Shown: positions 24,198-37,681, counted from the whole stretch's first letter. The stretch is 62,732 nucleotides of DNA, filler included, from Choristocarpus tenellus KU-1152 (GCA_964200185.2; 9 parts of 9 records of this genome joined end to end with filler, not necessarily neighbours in it), one strand, 5' to 3'. The notes: generated by a model not told the origin, from the sequence alone. Translations and numbers: made by a program.

Positions 24198-26667
24198 GCT
24201 CTGGCATCTGCTCCCAGCTCTCGGGAGGCAGGCCTAGACACCGAGCAGGTTTTAGCATCCTTGGTGCCTGCCCCACGGTCCATGGTGGGGGATACCAGGT
24301 GCTTTCCAGAGGACAGCATGGCTGCACTTATGGTTGGTGTTGCTCAGGTGAATGTGCTGAGGTCTATTGTAGTTAGTTTGTTATGTGGTTACATAGCGGG
24401 TAGGGCGCTGGTGTTGCTACTGGTTTGATGGTGTAGAGGTGATATTATGAATTGATGATGTTTTACATATATTTAATTTATGTTCATTTGTGTTATTTTT
24501 TAGTATTTATTGTTGATGTCGTATAGGATGGCTCAGTGTTTAGTGCAGAGGGGTGTTGAGTTCGTTCTCAGCATGTATGTGTGTTAACTTGTGTTGTGTG
24601 TTAACTTGTGTTGTGTGTTAACTTGTGTTGTGTGTTAACTTGTGTAATTGCCTTTTTTAATAAAGGTGTTTTGTTTTGTTGTTCTGGCAGTGACTGCGAT
24701 CCCATGTGAGAGGCCAGTCAGTCATCTGTATGCTTGTTAAGGAGGATAGTAGGGATCATTGAGATAGGGTGGACAGGCTACCAAACCAGGGAAGGGGAAG
24801 GGGAAGGGGAGAAGGGCCCCCTGTTTCGTTTTGCTGTTGTGATATAAGAGTTCATGTTCTGGAATATAAACATAAATATATATATATATATATATACATA
24901 TACTTTTGAATTTGGTATGACTAGCAACAATGGCAAATGTTGGTCATGGTAATGGTTGTGATTAATATATATATATATACGTGTGTGTGCGAGGCTCATC
25001 TCTTGTGGTGAAAGTCAGAAGGATGATGTGTAAATAATAATAATAATAATATTGGATTGTGTTGCAACAGAAGAATAATAATATGGTACATCCCAGTGAC
25101 ATTTGCCTTCACTAAAGTTGAAGTTGTTCCATGGTTCAGTGTTACAACCCCCCCCGCCCCCCTACCTCGTCGGCTAGACTTGTTTTTGAAATCCAAATGG
25201 ATCCGGTTACTCTCGTAATCGTAAGAAGAAAAAAAACCTTTTCAAAGTTGAGAAAGCGTTGATATTCTTCCTATATACGAGTGGTACTCTCCCCTATTAT
25301 TCCTATAATTTAAGACATTTGAAGGCCTGTATTAGGTCCATGTTGTGGTGTCATTCTCACAATTGAGGCCTGTATGATGTGGGGAAGATGACAACACTCT
25401 TGCCACCGGCCTCCCCCAGCTTGTGCTCACACACACCTGGAAATAACTGCCCGAGTGGAGACCACGGGAGCAAGGTAATAAACAACGATTGGTCAAGTCC
25501 CTAGTCTCAAATGTTTTCTTATGTGTTTTATTGTTTCTTTTTGTGTGTGTGTGTGTGTGTGTGTGTTCTATATCTCTCTCATGTCACAGGTGTTCAAGTG
25601 TTCACTTGGTATGATTGTTCTAAGAGCTGGGGAGGTAGGGGTAGCTGGCAATGGCATTGCCGGGGGAGGGGGTGTCAGGCCCCAGGTGGAGTTACTGCTA
25701 GCCTTGTGTCAGGCCGTGGGTCATACGGAAGGAGCTTTGGTGTTTGCAAGTCTGCTAGGGAACCAGGCAGGGGTGCTGCAAACATTGAGGTGAGAAGGGA
25801 CAAAGGCTGTCGGGGTGACTGTGTTTGTGGTAAGGGGGATTGGGAGAGTTAGGATTGAAAGGTTGTAAGATGGGGGAGGGGAGGAGATGGAAAGGCAGGA
25901 AGATGACCCCCGCTAGTAGACAAGGTTGTTCTTTGGATCTTTGCATGTTTGATTGGCAGCTTGTTGGGTATGTATCCCATTCACCTATGCTGTTGAGATG
26001 TGAACTTTAACGTCAAATGTTAACCCTAACCCTAACCCTAACCCAAATGTTTTTTCTTTTATGTTTGGTTAAGGGTGTGATTGCTCACACAGCTGAAGTA
26101 CGTTACTGAATAGTGGTAAGAATTAGTGCTTATGATCTTGCTCATTTCCTTTCCTCGTGGCTGTTGATTAGTTGACTTCCCCATGAAGCTGAAGTCGACA
26201 GCAGTGCAGCATTATTTCGTTTTTTTAGTGCCATTTACATACAAGTGACACTCCTGGGTATTCCAACTCTAATCACACGTACATGACGGGAGACCTATGA
26301 TGGTATACTAGAGCATGTAGACAACTTGCCATTTCTTCACTGACAATCTCGCCGTATTTTTATCACATTTCTACTTAGCCCCCTCCCCCTCCCCCTCCCC
26401 TTCCCCACCCCCTTTTCCCCTTTTCTATGCAGTAATGCACCACCAGCAACAAGGGTCGGTTATGGACGTTTTATATCCAACCTATCTGTAGCTGGAGAAG
26501 TGCCCCAACCAGCTGCTGATAACATCCCCATCAAGGGAGAAGAGCAAGTCAATGGTGCAACCTCCAGGAATGCAGAGATGGAAGCCCTTCTGACCTTGCA
26601 AAGGTTTGGTGGGGCCTGTGCACAGCTTCTGACGGGAGCAAACTTTTTCCCAGGAGTGCAAATATAA
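24198..26667 (+). CDS. 3' part of an unknown spliced gene (exons 24198-24347, 25590-25789, 26433-26667)
   Basis: Each exon has a pyrimidine tract/AG acceptor and the first two have GT donors. Phases 0/0/2 join into an open frame ALASAPSS...VAQ|VFKCSLG...QTL|SNAPPATR...PGVQI*. No domain recognised. Confidence 0.65.
24580..24646. repeat. 17-bp tandem repeat (tgtgttaacttgtgttg) x ~4, intronic
   Basis: Direct inspection. Confidence 0.9.
26020..26044 (-). repeat. Interstitial telomeric (TTAGGG)n
   Basis: taaccctaaccctaaccctaaccc. Shorter tracts lie near 19131, 23860, 29779, 36436 and 44026. Confidence 0.85.
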
Positions 26668-26860
26668 CCCATTGTAGCCAGGCCAAGACGGTTTATTTGG
26701 TGGTCCCTACCCTGCCACGAGTTGATTCTTTGGGGGTGTGCTGCGGGGGGGGAGGGGGGGAGGGGGGGGGGTGAGGGTAGTGGGNNNNNNNNNNGGTAGC
26801 TCAGGAGAGGTTGTTTTTGTGGGGCCCGCGCGTTGTGGGGGGGTGGAGGGGGGGGGGGGT

Positions 26861-26896
<36 letters not shown>

Positions 26897-27029
26897 GATG
26901 GTAGTGGGAAAGAGGGGTAGTGGTGTGGGATGTGGAGAGAGGATAGCTGTCGGTTTTTTGTGAAGTTTGTACAGTTGAAGTCTCTGGTGTAATCTCTCGA
27001 AAGGAGTGTGGATGCAGATTGTGCGAGGG

Positions 27030-27250
27030 CTGAGCCAAACCAGTTGAGAGAGGTAGGCAGGGTTGCATGTTAAGAATCCCGACAAAGGATGAAAAAGTGC
27101 CATTTTTACAGTTACGGAAAGATTCTTTGCTGAGTTGTGTGGTGTCGTTTTGTGTATGGAAAGGGGGAATAAAGATAATATCAATTTTGCATACACTGTT
27201 ATGAACATGAAGGAAATGAAATAGAGTGCATTGCACAGGGTGAAGAGGAT
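27030..27250 (-). repeat. Dispersed repeat, inverted homolog of ~52250-52460
   Basis: tccatacacaaaa-gacaccaca...caaccctgcctacctctc...actggtttggctca is shared. Confidence 0.75.
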
Positions 27251-28548
27251 GGCTTAGAATGAATGCAAAAGGGTTCAAAGTTGCCTGCCTCTCCTTTGGC
27301 TCGGCTCCCTCTGTTTTTTTTTTTATCCTTGACATAGTGCGTTGATTTTGAATGAGGCATTCTGCTGATCATGTTTCTGTATGTGACACCTACTGCACTG
27401 GGATTTTGTGTGTGTTAGGAGTTGCTCTGGTTTTGTTCAGACTGTGTCGTCCCTGCTACTGCAGCTAATGCCACAGACTCCCCAGCTTGCATACCATCAC
27501 TGTGAAGAGTTGAGGAAAATGCTTCTCTACTATGGTATCAAATAATGTCCACATCCTGTCACACCTGCATGTTTGGTACATGTAGGCCTTCAAAGGCGGA
27601 GAGGGGGGGTGCAGTGACACACCATATATTTTGGACTCCTTGGACATGAATGTGTGTTCGCCCTGTTCTTCAACACTTGAGGTAATGGTTTGTCAGTTTC
27701 CAGGGTCAACAGAGTATGACAATGGAAGGAGCATCTTACATGGTACATAAGCTAATTTTGGATACACAAGGCAAAAATTTTGCATCGTTTACCTTGATAC
27801 TGTGATAGTCCGCAATCCATCAGCCTACAACCATAAGAACGTCCGTTGAGCACCATTGATAGTGGTGAGTGGAAATCGGTACATTTCTCATTTGTTAGTT
27901 GCTGCAATACCTTGCACACAACAACAATTAGGCTAGGAGGTGGCGGTTGAATGGGGGAATGCCAATGCTTCTCATTCCTACGTGTAGGATGGAGTCCATT
28001 AAGGGTCTGTTCATTGGATGACGAAGCGGGCACTGTGATGTTGTGCTTGCTGGATACAGGAAAGATTTTCTCACATTTACCTGCATCACTAAATTTTCAC
28101 ATCACGGTGGATGTGTCCTTGGGTCCTCTGCTGTGCAATGCGACACAACGTCAGATGCACGAAGCCTGCATGAGAGTATCCAGTAGTAAATAGAAGACCA
28201 TTTGCAGGCATCCTGTAAAAGAATCACGTTGATACCTCAACAGTCAACCTTTGAATAGAAAGTTTAGTAGGAAAACTTGAAAGCAATTTGGCTGTATCAT
28301 TTTGTCATAGTTGCAAAAATATGAGGTTCAAAAAGCGCCAATTAGGTAAAATATTTAGCAGTGATAGGGGCACACAACCTACTTCCTCCATATTTGATAG
28401 CACTCACACTGAACAGGTCTGAAAAGTACTAGGCACAAGATGGAACAAGAAATTCATTGGTCGCCTTGTAGTAGTAAAACTCTCGTCACACTCTCTTGTA
28501 TATTGTGTATTTCGGTCATGATATTGTGATTGGGTGTGCATATCATAT

Positions 28549-29764
28549 TGATTAAGCATGAATAGTTCACTATCACTATCTTCTCGTTGAAGCATGAATA
28601 GATACAATATCATCATCCTCTCGTTGAAGAATGAATAGTTCACTATCACCCTCTTGTTGAGGCATGAATAGATACAATATCATCATCCTCTCGTTGAAGA
28701 ATGAATAGTTCACTATCACCCTCTTGTTGAGGCATGAATAGTTCACTATCACCATTCTCTCGTTGAAGTATGAATAGTTTACCATCACTATCTTTTGTTG
28801 AATCATGAATAGACCGCTATCACCATCCTCCTGTTGCAGCATGAATAGTTCTCTATGACTATGTTCTTTTTGAAGCATAAATAGTTCACTATCACCGTCC
28901 TCTTGTTGAAGCATGTATCGTTCAATATCACCGTGTTCTTGTTGAAGTATGAATGGATCACTCTCACTATCGTTTGTTGAATCATGAATAGTTCAATATC
29001 AAAATGTTCTTGTTGAAGCATGACTAGTTCACTATCACTATCCTCTTGCTTGAATAGTTCACTTCTACTATCCTCTTGTTGAGGCATGAATAGTTCACTA
29101 TCACTATTCCCTTTTCAAGCATGAACTGTTCACGATCACCATCCTCTCGTTGAAGCGTGATTAGTTCACTATCACCATCCTCTCCTTGAAGCATGATTAG
29201 TTCACTATCACCATCCACTTGTTGAAGCATGAATAGTTCACTATTTTTATCTCCTTGAAGAATTGTTCACTATCAACATCTTCTTGTTGAAGCATGAATA
29301 GTTCACTATCACCATCCTCTCGTTGAAGTTTGAACAGATCACTATTTGCTATCGCTTGTTGAAGTATGAATAGATCTCTCTCAACTATCCTTTCGTTGAA
29401 GCATGAATAGTTCACCGTCACCAGTATCTCGTTGAAGTATGAATAGATTGCTCAAAGTATCTGGGGGGGGGTTAGTTATACGGAACAATTCAGGCTTCAA
29501 CGAGAGGATGGTGATAATGATCTATTCATGCTACAAAAAAAAGATAGTGATAGTGAACTGTTCATGCTTCAACAAGAACATTGTGATATTGAACTATTCA
29601 TGATTCAACAAACGATAGTGAGAGTGATCTATTCATACTTCAACAAGAACATTGTGATCTTGAACTAATCATGCTTCAACAAGGGAATGGTGATAGTGAA
29701 CTATTCATGCTTGAACAAGACCATCGTGATAGTGAACCATTCATGCTTCAACGAGATGATGGTC
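28549..29764. repeat. 36-bp minisatellite (consensus tgaagcatgaatagttcactatcaccatcctctcgt); ~25 units forward (28549-29448), ~7-8 units inverted (~29490-29764)
   Basis: Periodicity is directly visible. It also produces the MLQQEDGDSELF pseudo-repeats in the ORF track. Confidence 0.95.
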
Positions 29765-30026
29765 GAACCAAAGTATCTTAGGGTTAGGGTAGAGTCACGT
29801 CCATTTGGGGGCCAAAATCCAATGTTGCGATTTAGATGTAATTTTGGCTATTGTGTTTGTTAGGGAGTGTCAATATTCTCATTCCGGACACACCTTTTCA
29901 TAACGTATACATTTTACCTACTCCGAAATATTTTGGAGTAGGAAAATGTCATAAAAAAAACATGGGAAGCCAAGCCCCAAATGGACAAACAGGGCAAATC
30001 TCGTACCCTCTAAGATACTTTCACTC
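29765..30026. mobile_element. MITE family A copy
   Basis: gaaccaaagtatcttag... to ...taccctctaagatactttcactc. The interior is the reverse complement of 2509-2764. Confidence 0.9.
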
Positions 30027-31304
30027 AATACAAGTACTACGTACGGCAAGGGGCAGTCAACGCAACATGGAGACTGCCGCCCCCCAAGTTCAAGTCAAGT
30101 ATGCTTCTCTAGTTTTATTAAAGGAAGTTCCTGGCAAACAAGCTGAATGAGTGGGAGTCAAGTGTCCAGTCCAGACCTCTCAAACTCCGCCCACATGCTC
30201 GACTCGCTGCCAACTTTGCTTCCAATGCCAAAACCAACACAAATTATATTTCTGTGCTACTAGACCATCCAGCAACAACTGCAGCAGGCGGCATGACAGT
30301 ATCCTTTCCCGACAAGCAAGATGGACCATGGTTGCAGCTGCATCTTCCACCGCAGTCCAATTCTTGTCTTGGTCTATAAGGCTGCTTGAGGAATTTGTTT
30401 TTTAGCAACAACATATACAACTGCCACCAGAACAAAGAGCTGAGTTGAACCATTCTCCCCTCCTTCTCCAAAAGCACCACACACATGCATTGAAAAACTG
30501 TCACTTCCCTGAAGGTTTAAAACACAGGGCATGACCATTCGCCCCCTAAAATTATCTCCCTCTTTGGCTGATTTTCACCAGGAACAAACGGAGGGCCGCA
30601 TTTTGCAATTTCGAGCAGAGCACCTGAAGCAGTCGATCCCCCTCGCTCGAGGGACAAATCTTTTTTATTTTCAGATGAAAAAAAACAACAAAATGCATCG
30701 ACCAGCCAGCTAAAAAATACAATCAAAATTACATACATATATATTTTTCAAAAAATCTTTGCACGACGCATGTACACTAAAAGAGGTACACTAAATGAGG
30801 TACACCAAATGAGGTAAAAATAGGCACGCGCAATATACCCCCCGTCTTGTGGAGCAACAAGTTAACCAATCCAAGGCAGAGGGCTAGAAAGTAAAAAAAA
30901 ACTCTTTCCCCGATAACAAAACAAATTGCAACAAAAAGTCTCGCCAATCAACAAAAATAAATCAAAATATGGTTGTAACACCAATCAAGATAATCAAAAT
31001 AATGAGACAAAAAGCTTAACTTCTCTCCACTCCAAACCAACAATATTCTGTGTGCAGATAGAATACCTGCTCTTCCCTCGGCAATGGTCCCCATTCTCCA
31101 TTCCACTCAAGTCTACGCAAAACACCTCATTGGCTGCAGCGATAGTGGTCTGAAACCTTCCAACCAATCAGCACCGCCAATTTCTCCAAGAGCCGTACAA
31201 CATGAGAACAGTATCCCCCACAAGTACTAAATAGTCCCCCCCCCCCCGCCCCGCAGGTGTTGTATGTTTGTAGTAGTAACTATTTTTTGTTTCTCTAACA
31301 ACAT

Positions 31305-31404
31305 NNNNNNNNNNNNNNNNNNNNNNNNNNNNNNNNNNNNNNNNNNNNTTAATTAATTAANNNNNNNNNNNNNNNNNNNNNNNNNNNNNNNNNNNNNNNN
31401 NNNN
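31305..31404. other. Artificial contig spacer
   Basis: N44-TTAATTAATTAA-N44. Confidence 0.98.
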
Positions 31405-31644
31405 TTACTCTGCATCTCCTTACAATTATCACTTATTCTGTAAGGTTACCTATGTGTTACTAATATCGTATATAGTTCGCACTTGTCAGAACTCGAGAAA
31501 CAATCTTCACACTGTATGTCTATTACAAATGTTCGTATTTCCTAACACATAAGGAGAAAAAAGCTCGCGCTATTCGCGTGTAACAAATGCTCAAACTTTG
31601 TTGAAAAAGCAGTAAGTCCATGGTAATGTGAGAGAATTTTCATT

Positions 31645-31940
31645 GCAATACCAAACCCCGTACATAATCCAGATGTACTATCTATCTTAGTTGTTACATC
31701 ACATGGGCTCAATACAATGCCACAATCCTACACAAAATAGGGTACACCTTACGATTGTCCTATTTTTGTACAAAGTTCAATTGTTGACTGAAAAATAGGG
31801 TACACCCTACTATTGTCATACCAAACCTCATACCCAATCCAGATGTACTATTTCATTAGTTTCATCACATGGGCTCAATCCAATGCCATGGATCTCACAT
31901 ACACAAAATAGGTTACGCCTTACGATTGTCTTATTTTTGG
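31645..31940. repeat. Imperfect tandem duplication (~170-bp period) upstream of the gypsy relic
   Basis: aatccagatgtactat...catcacatgggctcaat-caatgcca...tacacaaaatagg-tac-ccttacgattgtc-tatttttg occurs twice. Confidence 0.8.
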
Positions 31941-31949
31941 ACACTCTCC

Positions 31950-33755
31950 ACGTTTTCTGTGTGTAGACTACCGTCCAACCCATAACAAACACCTGGTTTG
32001 ACAGAGACTTCGCCTAAGCCTGATATGGAGTCTCACATTGATTCCTTGGGTGGTGCCAAATTCATCAACGTTTGCGATATTCAGAGTGCAATATGACAAA
32101 TTCCAATTGCTAAGGCTGATATTGATTAGACTGTTATTGTCACTTTCAGAGGCAAATATGTTTATAAGAGGATGCCGTTTGGAATATCAAATGCTTCCTC
32201 TGGCAATTTCAAATAATCGTCTTGTTAGGCTTTTGCCAACTTTGGCCCACTAATTGGTTTCGTGGTCCACATGGATGATTTGATTGCTTGTTCTCCTATA
32301 CGGGAAGGACATTTGTACTTACTAGAGCAGCAGTTCAAAGCTTTGCAAGTAGCAGGTTTAACCTTGAAACCGTCAAAGGTTCAATTTGGACCCCAACAAA
32401 TGCATTGTTTGGGTCATTTTTTGTTGTCTGAAGGGATTTGTATCGGCGAAGATCGGGTTCGTGTTATCACTGATTACCTAAACCCACCAATTATCAAAGA
32501 ACTTCGATCTGCCCTAGATGTGGTTAATTTTGTACATAAATCTATACCCAAACCTAGGCACAGTCATCGAACTGTTAGTTCGTCTTACTTACCAAGAAAG
32601 AAAATCAGTAAGAACATTGCCAAGGAATAGGGATTGGACCAGGATGTCGATTTTTCCAAGTGAAACAAATACCCACTGCAGTCCTGGTTCTTGTATTCCC
32701 TGACTTTATCAAAGAGTTCGGACCATATTTCAGAGGCCGCAACAATTGCTCGTACAATGGTAGAACATATATTTTTAATTTTTTTTGGCTCACCCTAAAT
32801 ATTACACTCCAATCAAAGTACCGAATTTGAAAACAGCATTGCTGCAGAGTTGCATTCTGTCTTCTTTGGTTACAAGAAAATCCAAACCACCACACCATAT
32901 CACCCCCAAGGGAATTCTTGTTAGAGAGAGTACATGCTATGTTGCATTTTATGCTAGCAATGTATATCTCTGTTACTGAGGATAAGTGGGCATCATTACT
33001 CCCTTTCGTACAGTTACCCCATAACACAGCTTTCACAGTGCAAAGTTGCATGAAATCTTGTTTTCCTTCTGTCTGGAAGACAAGCTCATTCACACCTGTT
33101 CATATTATCTTTGATTTGTCTAATTAATGCTGATTCAGTTGTCACTACTGAAGAGGTTTCTCAGCAAACTAAAGACATTTTACAGTTCCATTTGAGTTGA
33201 CACGTCGTATCCCTCCATGAACAACATAAAGATCAGGAACGTGCCAGCCAACATCTCGTGTTCTCCGTTTTCATATCTGATGATCAAGTTGTAGTCCATA
33301 GGCTACGTGAGAGTACTGATGGTCCGGATCCGAAGTTACTTCACCGTTGGGGAGGTCCGTATGAAGTACATGCTAATGTATCACCCATCGTGTACAGTCA
33401 TATCACCTGGAAACCCAAGTCAATTTTCCATTCATCTCTTGGTAAAATGAAGCATTACTATATCATCAAGTCCAAACTCCCACGCCACAGTTGACTGAAC
33501 TGGATTATTTGTTTCTGCAAAAACCGTTACCATTGTCAGACGTAGACCATCAAGTCTCTCAACCTATTTTTGGCCAATACACTATTGATAGGATTGTTGG
33601 ACATAGACCTGCTCCTGGTCGTCGTTCGTCCACAAATGTTACCGATCGCCTTCGTCTTCGTGGTTATGGACCCTCTTGTGATCTTCACAAAATAATAGAA
33701 CAGATCCCACAATGCTGTGAAATTAGGACATTGTGCAGTAAATGGATTCAATAAT
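31950..33755 (+). mobile_element. Degenerate Ty3/gypsy pol relic (RT, part of integrase, chromodomain)
   Basis: RT 'VHMDDLIACS...GLTLKPSKVQFG...LGH', integrase 'ERVH..L...LAMY....DKWASLLPFVQL.HNT', 'KLLHRWGGPYEV', and a chromodomain-like 'YTIDRIVGHR...RLRLRGYGP..D'. Many stops and frameshifts. Confidence 0.88.
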
Positions 33756-34622
33756 CAGTAAAATTACTGTCCCACACAGTGCAGACTCGAGATTTCGTAT
33801 TTACTGGTGTCATATTCTTGTGCATAGTCATGTGCATTGACATAAATGGTGTAACCTATAGTTTATGGAAATATATTATTGGATGTATGTCTGGAACAGA
33901 TCCTTGGCAATCTTTTTGTGACTCATTTGTCTTGAACTAGATCTCATGTTACACATATCATAATTTCCTACATAATAGGTTTATCATCTAGTTGAGACTA
34001 ATCATTTGCGTGTCATTTTGTCACGAACGGATATATATATAGTCTATGGGATCTGAATCCGATAAAGATCAGAATAGAAGTGACATTTTTGAAGTAGAGG
34101 AGTTATTTCTTTTGTTTAGTATTCGTTTTATTTTGACAATCCTACTATCATTATTAGTATTATTCTCTATTTGCTTCCAGGATTTCAACTTCTAGATTGA
34201 TTGTTTGTTCTCTATATGCACATTCCACTAGTACATTTAATCTTCTCATTTATCATACCCACATACCCTACCTCTACATTAACTTATATCCCTCGCTCAA
34301 GTCAATCACACAGGTTCAAGGGGAGGAGGGAAGTGAAGTATCCATATTTATGATAGTGAAGTATACATATTTATGTAGAAACACACACATTCCTTCAAAA
34401 ACTTTATTCTTTTCACAGTTTTGAATGCGGAGAATATTATATAGAATTCCTTTTTCATGATGTAAGTACTGATTAGTGTGAGCTACTAGATTTTTTATGA
34501 TATACCCTGAACACTTCACACGTGATAGGGACGAAAAAGTCAAGGAATGAGAGAGTGCCACAGGATCTCTTCCAGACTCTGGACATTCATCCCTCCCAAA
34601 CAGGACCCCAGGAGTGATAGTA

Positions 34623-37600
34623 ATGCGGTTGACTTATGGACCTGGAGTGATTTCCCTGCTTTTCACGACCCTTCTGACATGGGCTGTGCTTTGCATCTGT
34701 GTGCTGGTGCTAGGGATGGATGACCACCAGGACCAGCACCTGGCTGTCGTAGTTCCCATGCATGCGGGTGACGCTTACAAAGCTCTAGCTTCCATAGACC
34801 AATGGCCTACTGGATGTTCTCGGGTGACGCAAGATCATGCTACGCTTGTGTTATACTATGCTGGAGGAGATGACGATATCTCCAGGTTGTTGCTTGACTC
34901 GATCGATGACAGCGTAAGGACCTGCTTTCTTGGAACAAAGCTCGTACTGGCACGCCTGACCCGTGAGGTGAGGAATTGACTAACCTCTGCGCCAGCCTTG
35001 GCTCAGCGAGAGTTTTTCGGTCCATGCATCCAGTTTGTGCAGGGTCCACCATTGACGCTGTTTTATTGCTGCGTCGTTGCGTCACGTTGTTGTAATCGTT
35101 GTTGTAGTGGGGATAGCGATGTGCGGTTAGAGGACGTACCGTCCCCGCAAATACGAGGATAGGTCAAAAACTGCTTTATCTAGCATTTCTCTAGGTCATT
35201 TTGGGCTTTAGATTGGTCTTCAGTCGGATTTTTGTTTGCTTTTCCCTCTACTGGCGACTACTCTGCACTCTTAATGCATCTCAAAGGACGACAATGGGAC
35301 ATTGCCAAGTGGATGATTTTATTTTTCTGTATCAAGAAGTTCAAGATTAGATTAGCTGTGACTTTTTTACACTATGGAATATGAGCTGCTTCGCCACCAG
35401 TGTGTGCGTAGATTGGGTCAGGAATTTGCGATTTCACCCTCCCCGGAGAACAAGGCAGTCCACACTGGCCGTACTATAATAATGTAGTGTGAATTGATGT
35501 ATTTTTTGGTAGAAGTGAAGGGGACAGGCACGTGGTATTGGCGGGTGATGTATCAGATTTTTGCACACACATATAGTTTTAGCACTTTAAAGATTAGGCA
35601 CACTCAGGAACCTCTTGTATTGTACTCTAGTGGAGGCAGGATATGTAAGTACCGCAAATCCTAGCACAAACACGCTTCCATATTAAGGGTAAGATGTGGT
35701 GGATCGCAATCATACCATGATGTCATTATAAATAACTTGTGTCATGGTGAACAAAAGGGATATTATCAAAATGTAGTTCTGAGGGCACTTCTTTTTTCCA
35801 ACAATAGTCTTATCTCTTTCATCAACATGGCAGTAGGAGTTTCAGGTGTATTGTTTTTAATTGTCCAATTGCTACCCTCACCTGATCCACTCCACATTCC
35901 TGCATGACAGGAGGACGTCTATCCCAAGGGACCCTCAGTACAGTTTTACAAGATGTTCCTTGACAAACGTGTAAAATCTGGGTTCTCTGAGTTCGATGCT
36001 GTAGCTTTTGTTGAATGGGATATGATAGTATTAGATGACTCGTCCTTTGCGAGGCTGTATGAGGCCACGTTTGGGAGCCTGGCAGAACCATTTTGGGTGA
36101 AGGGAAGTACTTTCTTAGGAACCAACTTTCACACCACAGCTGTCATAAGAGACTTCTGGCACATTCTGGGGCACATCAATGGGAACGCCATCTACAACAC
36201 TTCAGACCCAGACTTCACAGAGTTTGTGAACTACACACTGACACGCTGGGACTACCAATATCCCTATGATGTGGCACTGTGGGCCACCATAGCCGATTTT
36301 CCATACAGCTGGCCACTCTGGCAGCGATACTCTACCAAATTTATACCTACAAATCTTGTGAGTCTACGCATTCAGGGTCATTGAGATGGAGGGACTGGCG
36401 AATTGATCCTTTCTGCTAAGTACAGTGGTGGTTGAGGTTAGGGTTAGGGTTATTTTTTAATGCTGTGACCCTGTTATATTCAGTTTGGCATTATCGTCGT
36501 CCGTTAGTCTAGGCAATGTTAATTTTTCCGACCTCCAAGTTCTCCATCTTTTGGCTTGTCTGTAAAAACGATACTATTTTTTTTGTTTTTTTGTCTTTCA
36601 AGTCTTTTGTGTTCTTTTCAGACCCGATGTTAAGAGTGTGCTTTTTATTCATGTGTAAAAGATGATTCTGCAGGATGAAACATTTGAGTTGTTGAACTGT
36701 TACGATTCATTCGATATTGGGATAATCGATAGAAAAGCTTTCTATTGAGTAATCGTGAGAATAGTATCTGGATTATATTATAGTACAACACAGAGGATGA
36801 GTTACGTGCTAAGTGAGTGACGTTTTGTTTGACCGGCGCTTGAAGGCTGTAGCAAGTGACACAGAGAATGAGTGACGTGTTATTAGAATATGAATGGTAA
36901 GGTGACAACCCCCTTTGAGCTTTGAACTTCACTCTCCTTCCTTACACCTTACTTCATGTACTTCATGTTACTTCATGTACTTCATGTTACTTCATGTACA
37001 GCCTGTTCTGCACAATAAGGAATTAATCGAGTCACTTTCACGCACAAGTCTTGGGAGCACCGATTTCTTTTTCTTTTTTTTTACCCGCCCGTCCTCTCCT
37101 TCGAAGCAAAACACCCACCAAATACTCTTCGCTGCCTGCGTCTCGGTTCTATCTGTGGTTGAGTACCTTTGCAGATCACAAGTGTGGGTGTGGAAGAAAT
37201 GACTCCGAGGGTCAAGGACAACGCTATGGCCATGGGCACGTACTTTGTCCATAGCAGCAAGATGAATGCAGGCATAGGAGAAAGCTCAGAGGATGGCTAC
37301 GTGGAGAATCCCGATTCGCGGCCACAATGCTCAGCAGTTTGTGGCTTGAAGGATGAGGGGCTTCCCTCGGGCATGGGGACAGTATGTGACAGGACCTGCG
37401 TCCCTCCAGAAGGGAAATTGCCGCGATTCAATGGGTATCTCTGTGGCGTGCGTCCCAATGAGGAAGATAAGTACGGGCTGGGCTGTCGACTGTGCTTCAC
37501 AAGCCTGGGAAAGGCCCAATTTGCTGAGGAGGAGTTGAGAGCCCAAGAGCAGAGGGCAGTAGCCATGGGATGGGAGGACCTATCTCCTGACCATGAGGCA

Positions 37601-37681
37601 CGACATGTGGTTATGTGTGATACCCTCAACCCGCCGCAGGCCAGATCTTGTGATGAACGCTGCCACCTCAAGACAGATACG
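34623..37681 (+). CDS. Membrane-anchored or secreted glycosyltransferase-like protein (exons 34623-34967, 35911-36357, 37175-37681; 3' end missing)
   Basis: Three phase-0 GT-AG exons. N-terminal hydrophobic segment, 'LAVVVP', 'YP.GP..QF', an E-x-D motif (VEWD), 'FWVKGS', 'HINGNAIY' and 'YDVA', followed by a Cys-rich region. The GT function is inference. Confidence 0.8.
36948..36998. repeat. 9/10-bp tandem repeat (tacttcatg[t]) in an intron
   Basis: Direct inspection. Confidence 0.85.

Noticed and set aside
28549-29764. 36-bp array as a CRISPR array or as a repeat-protein gene (MLQQEDGDSELF)
   Set aside because: The variable parts are homologous to each other (no unique spacers), there are no cas genes and the context is eukaryotic. 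Off-length units shift the frame repeatedly, so no frame is conserved.
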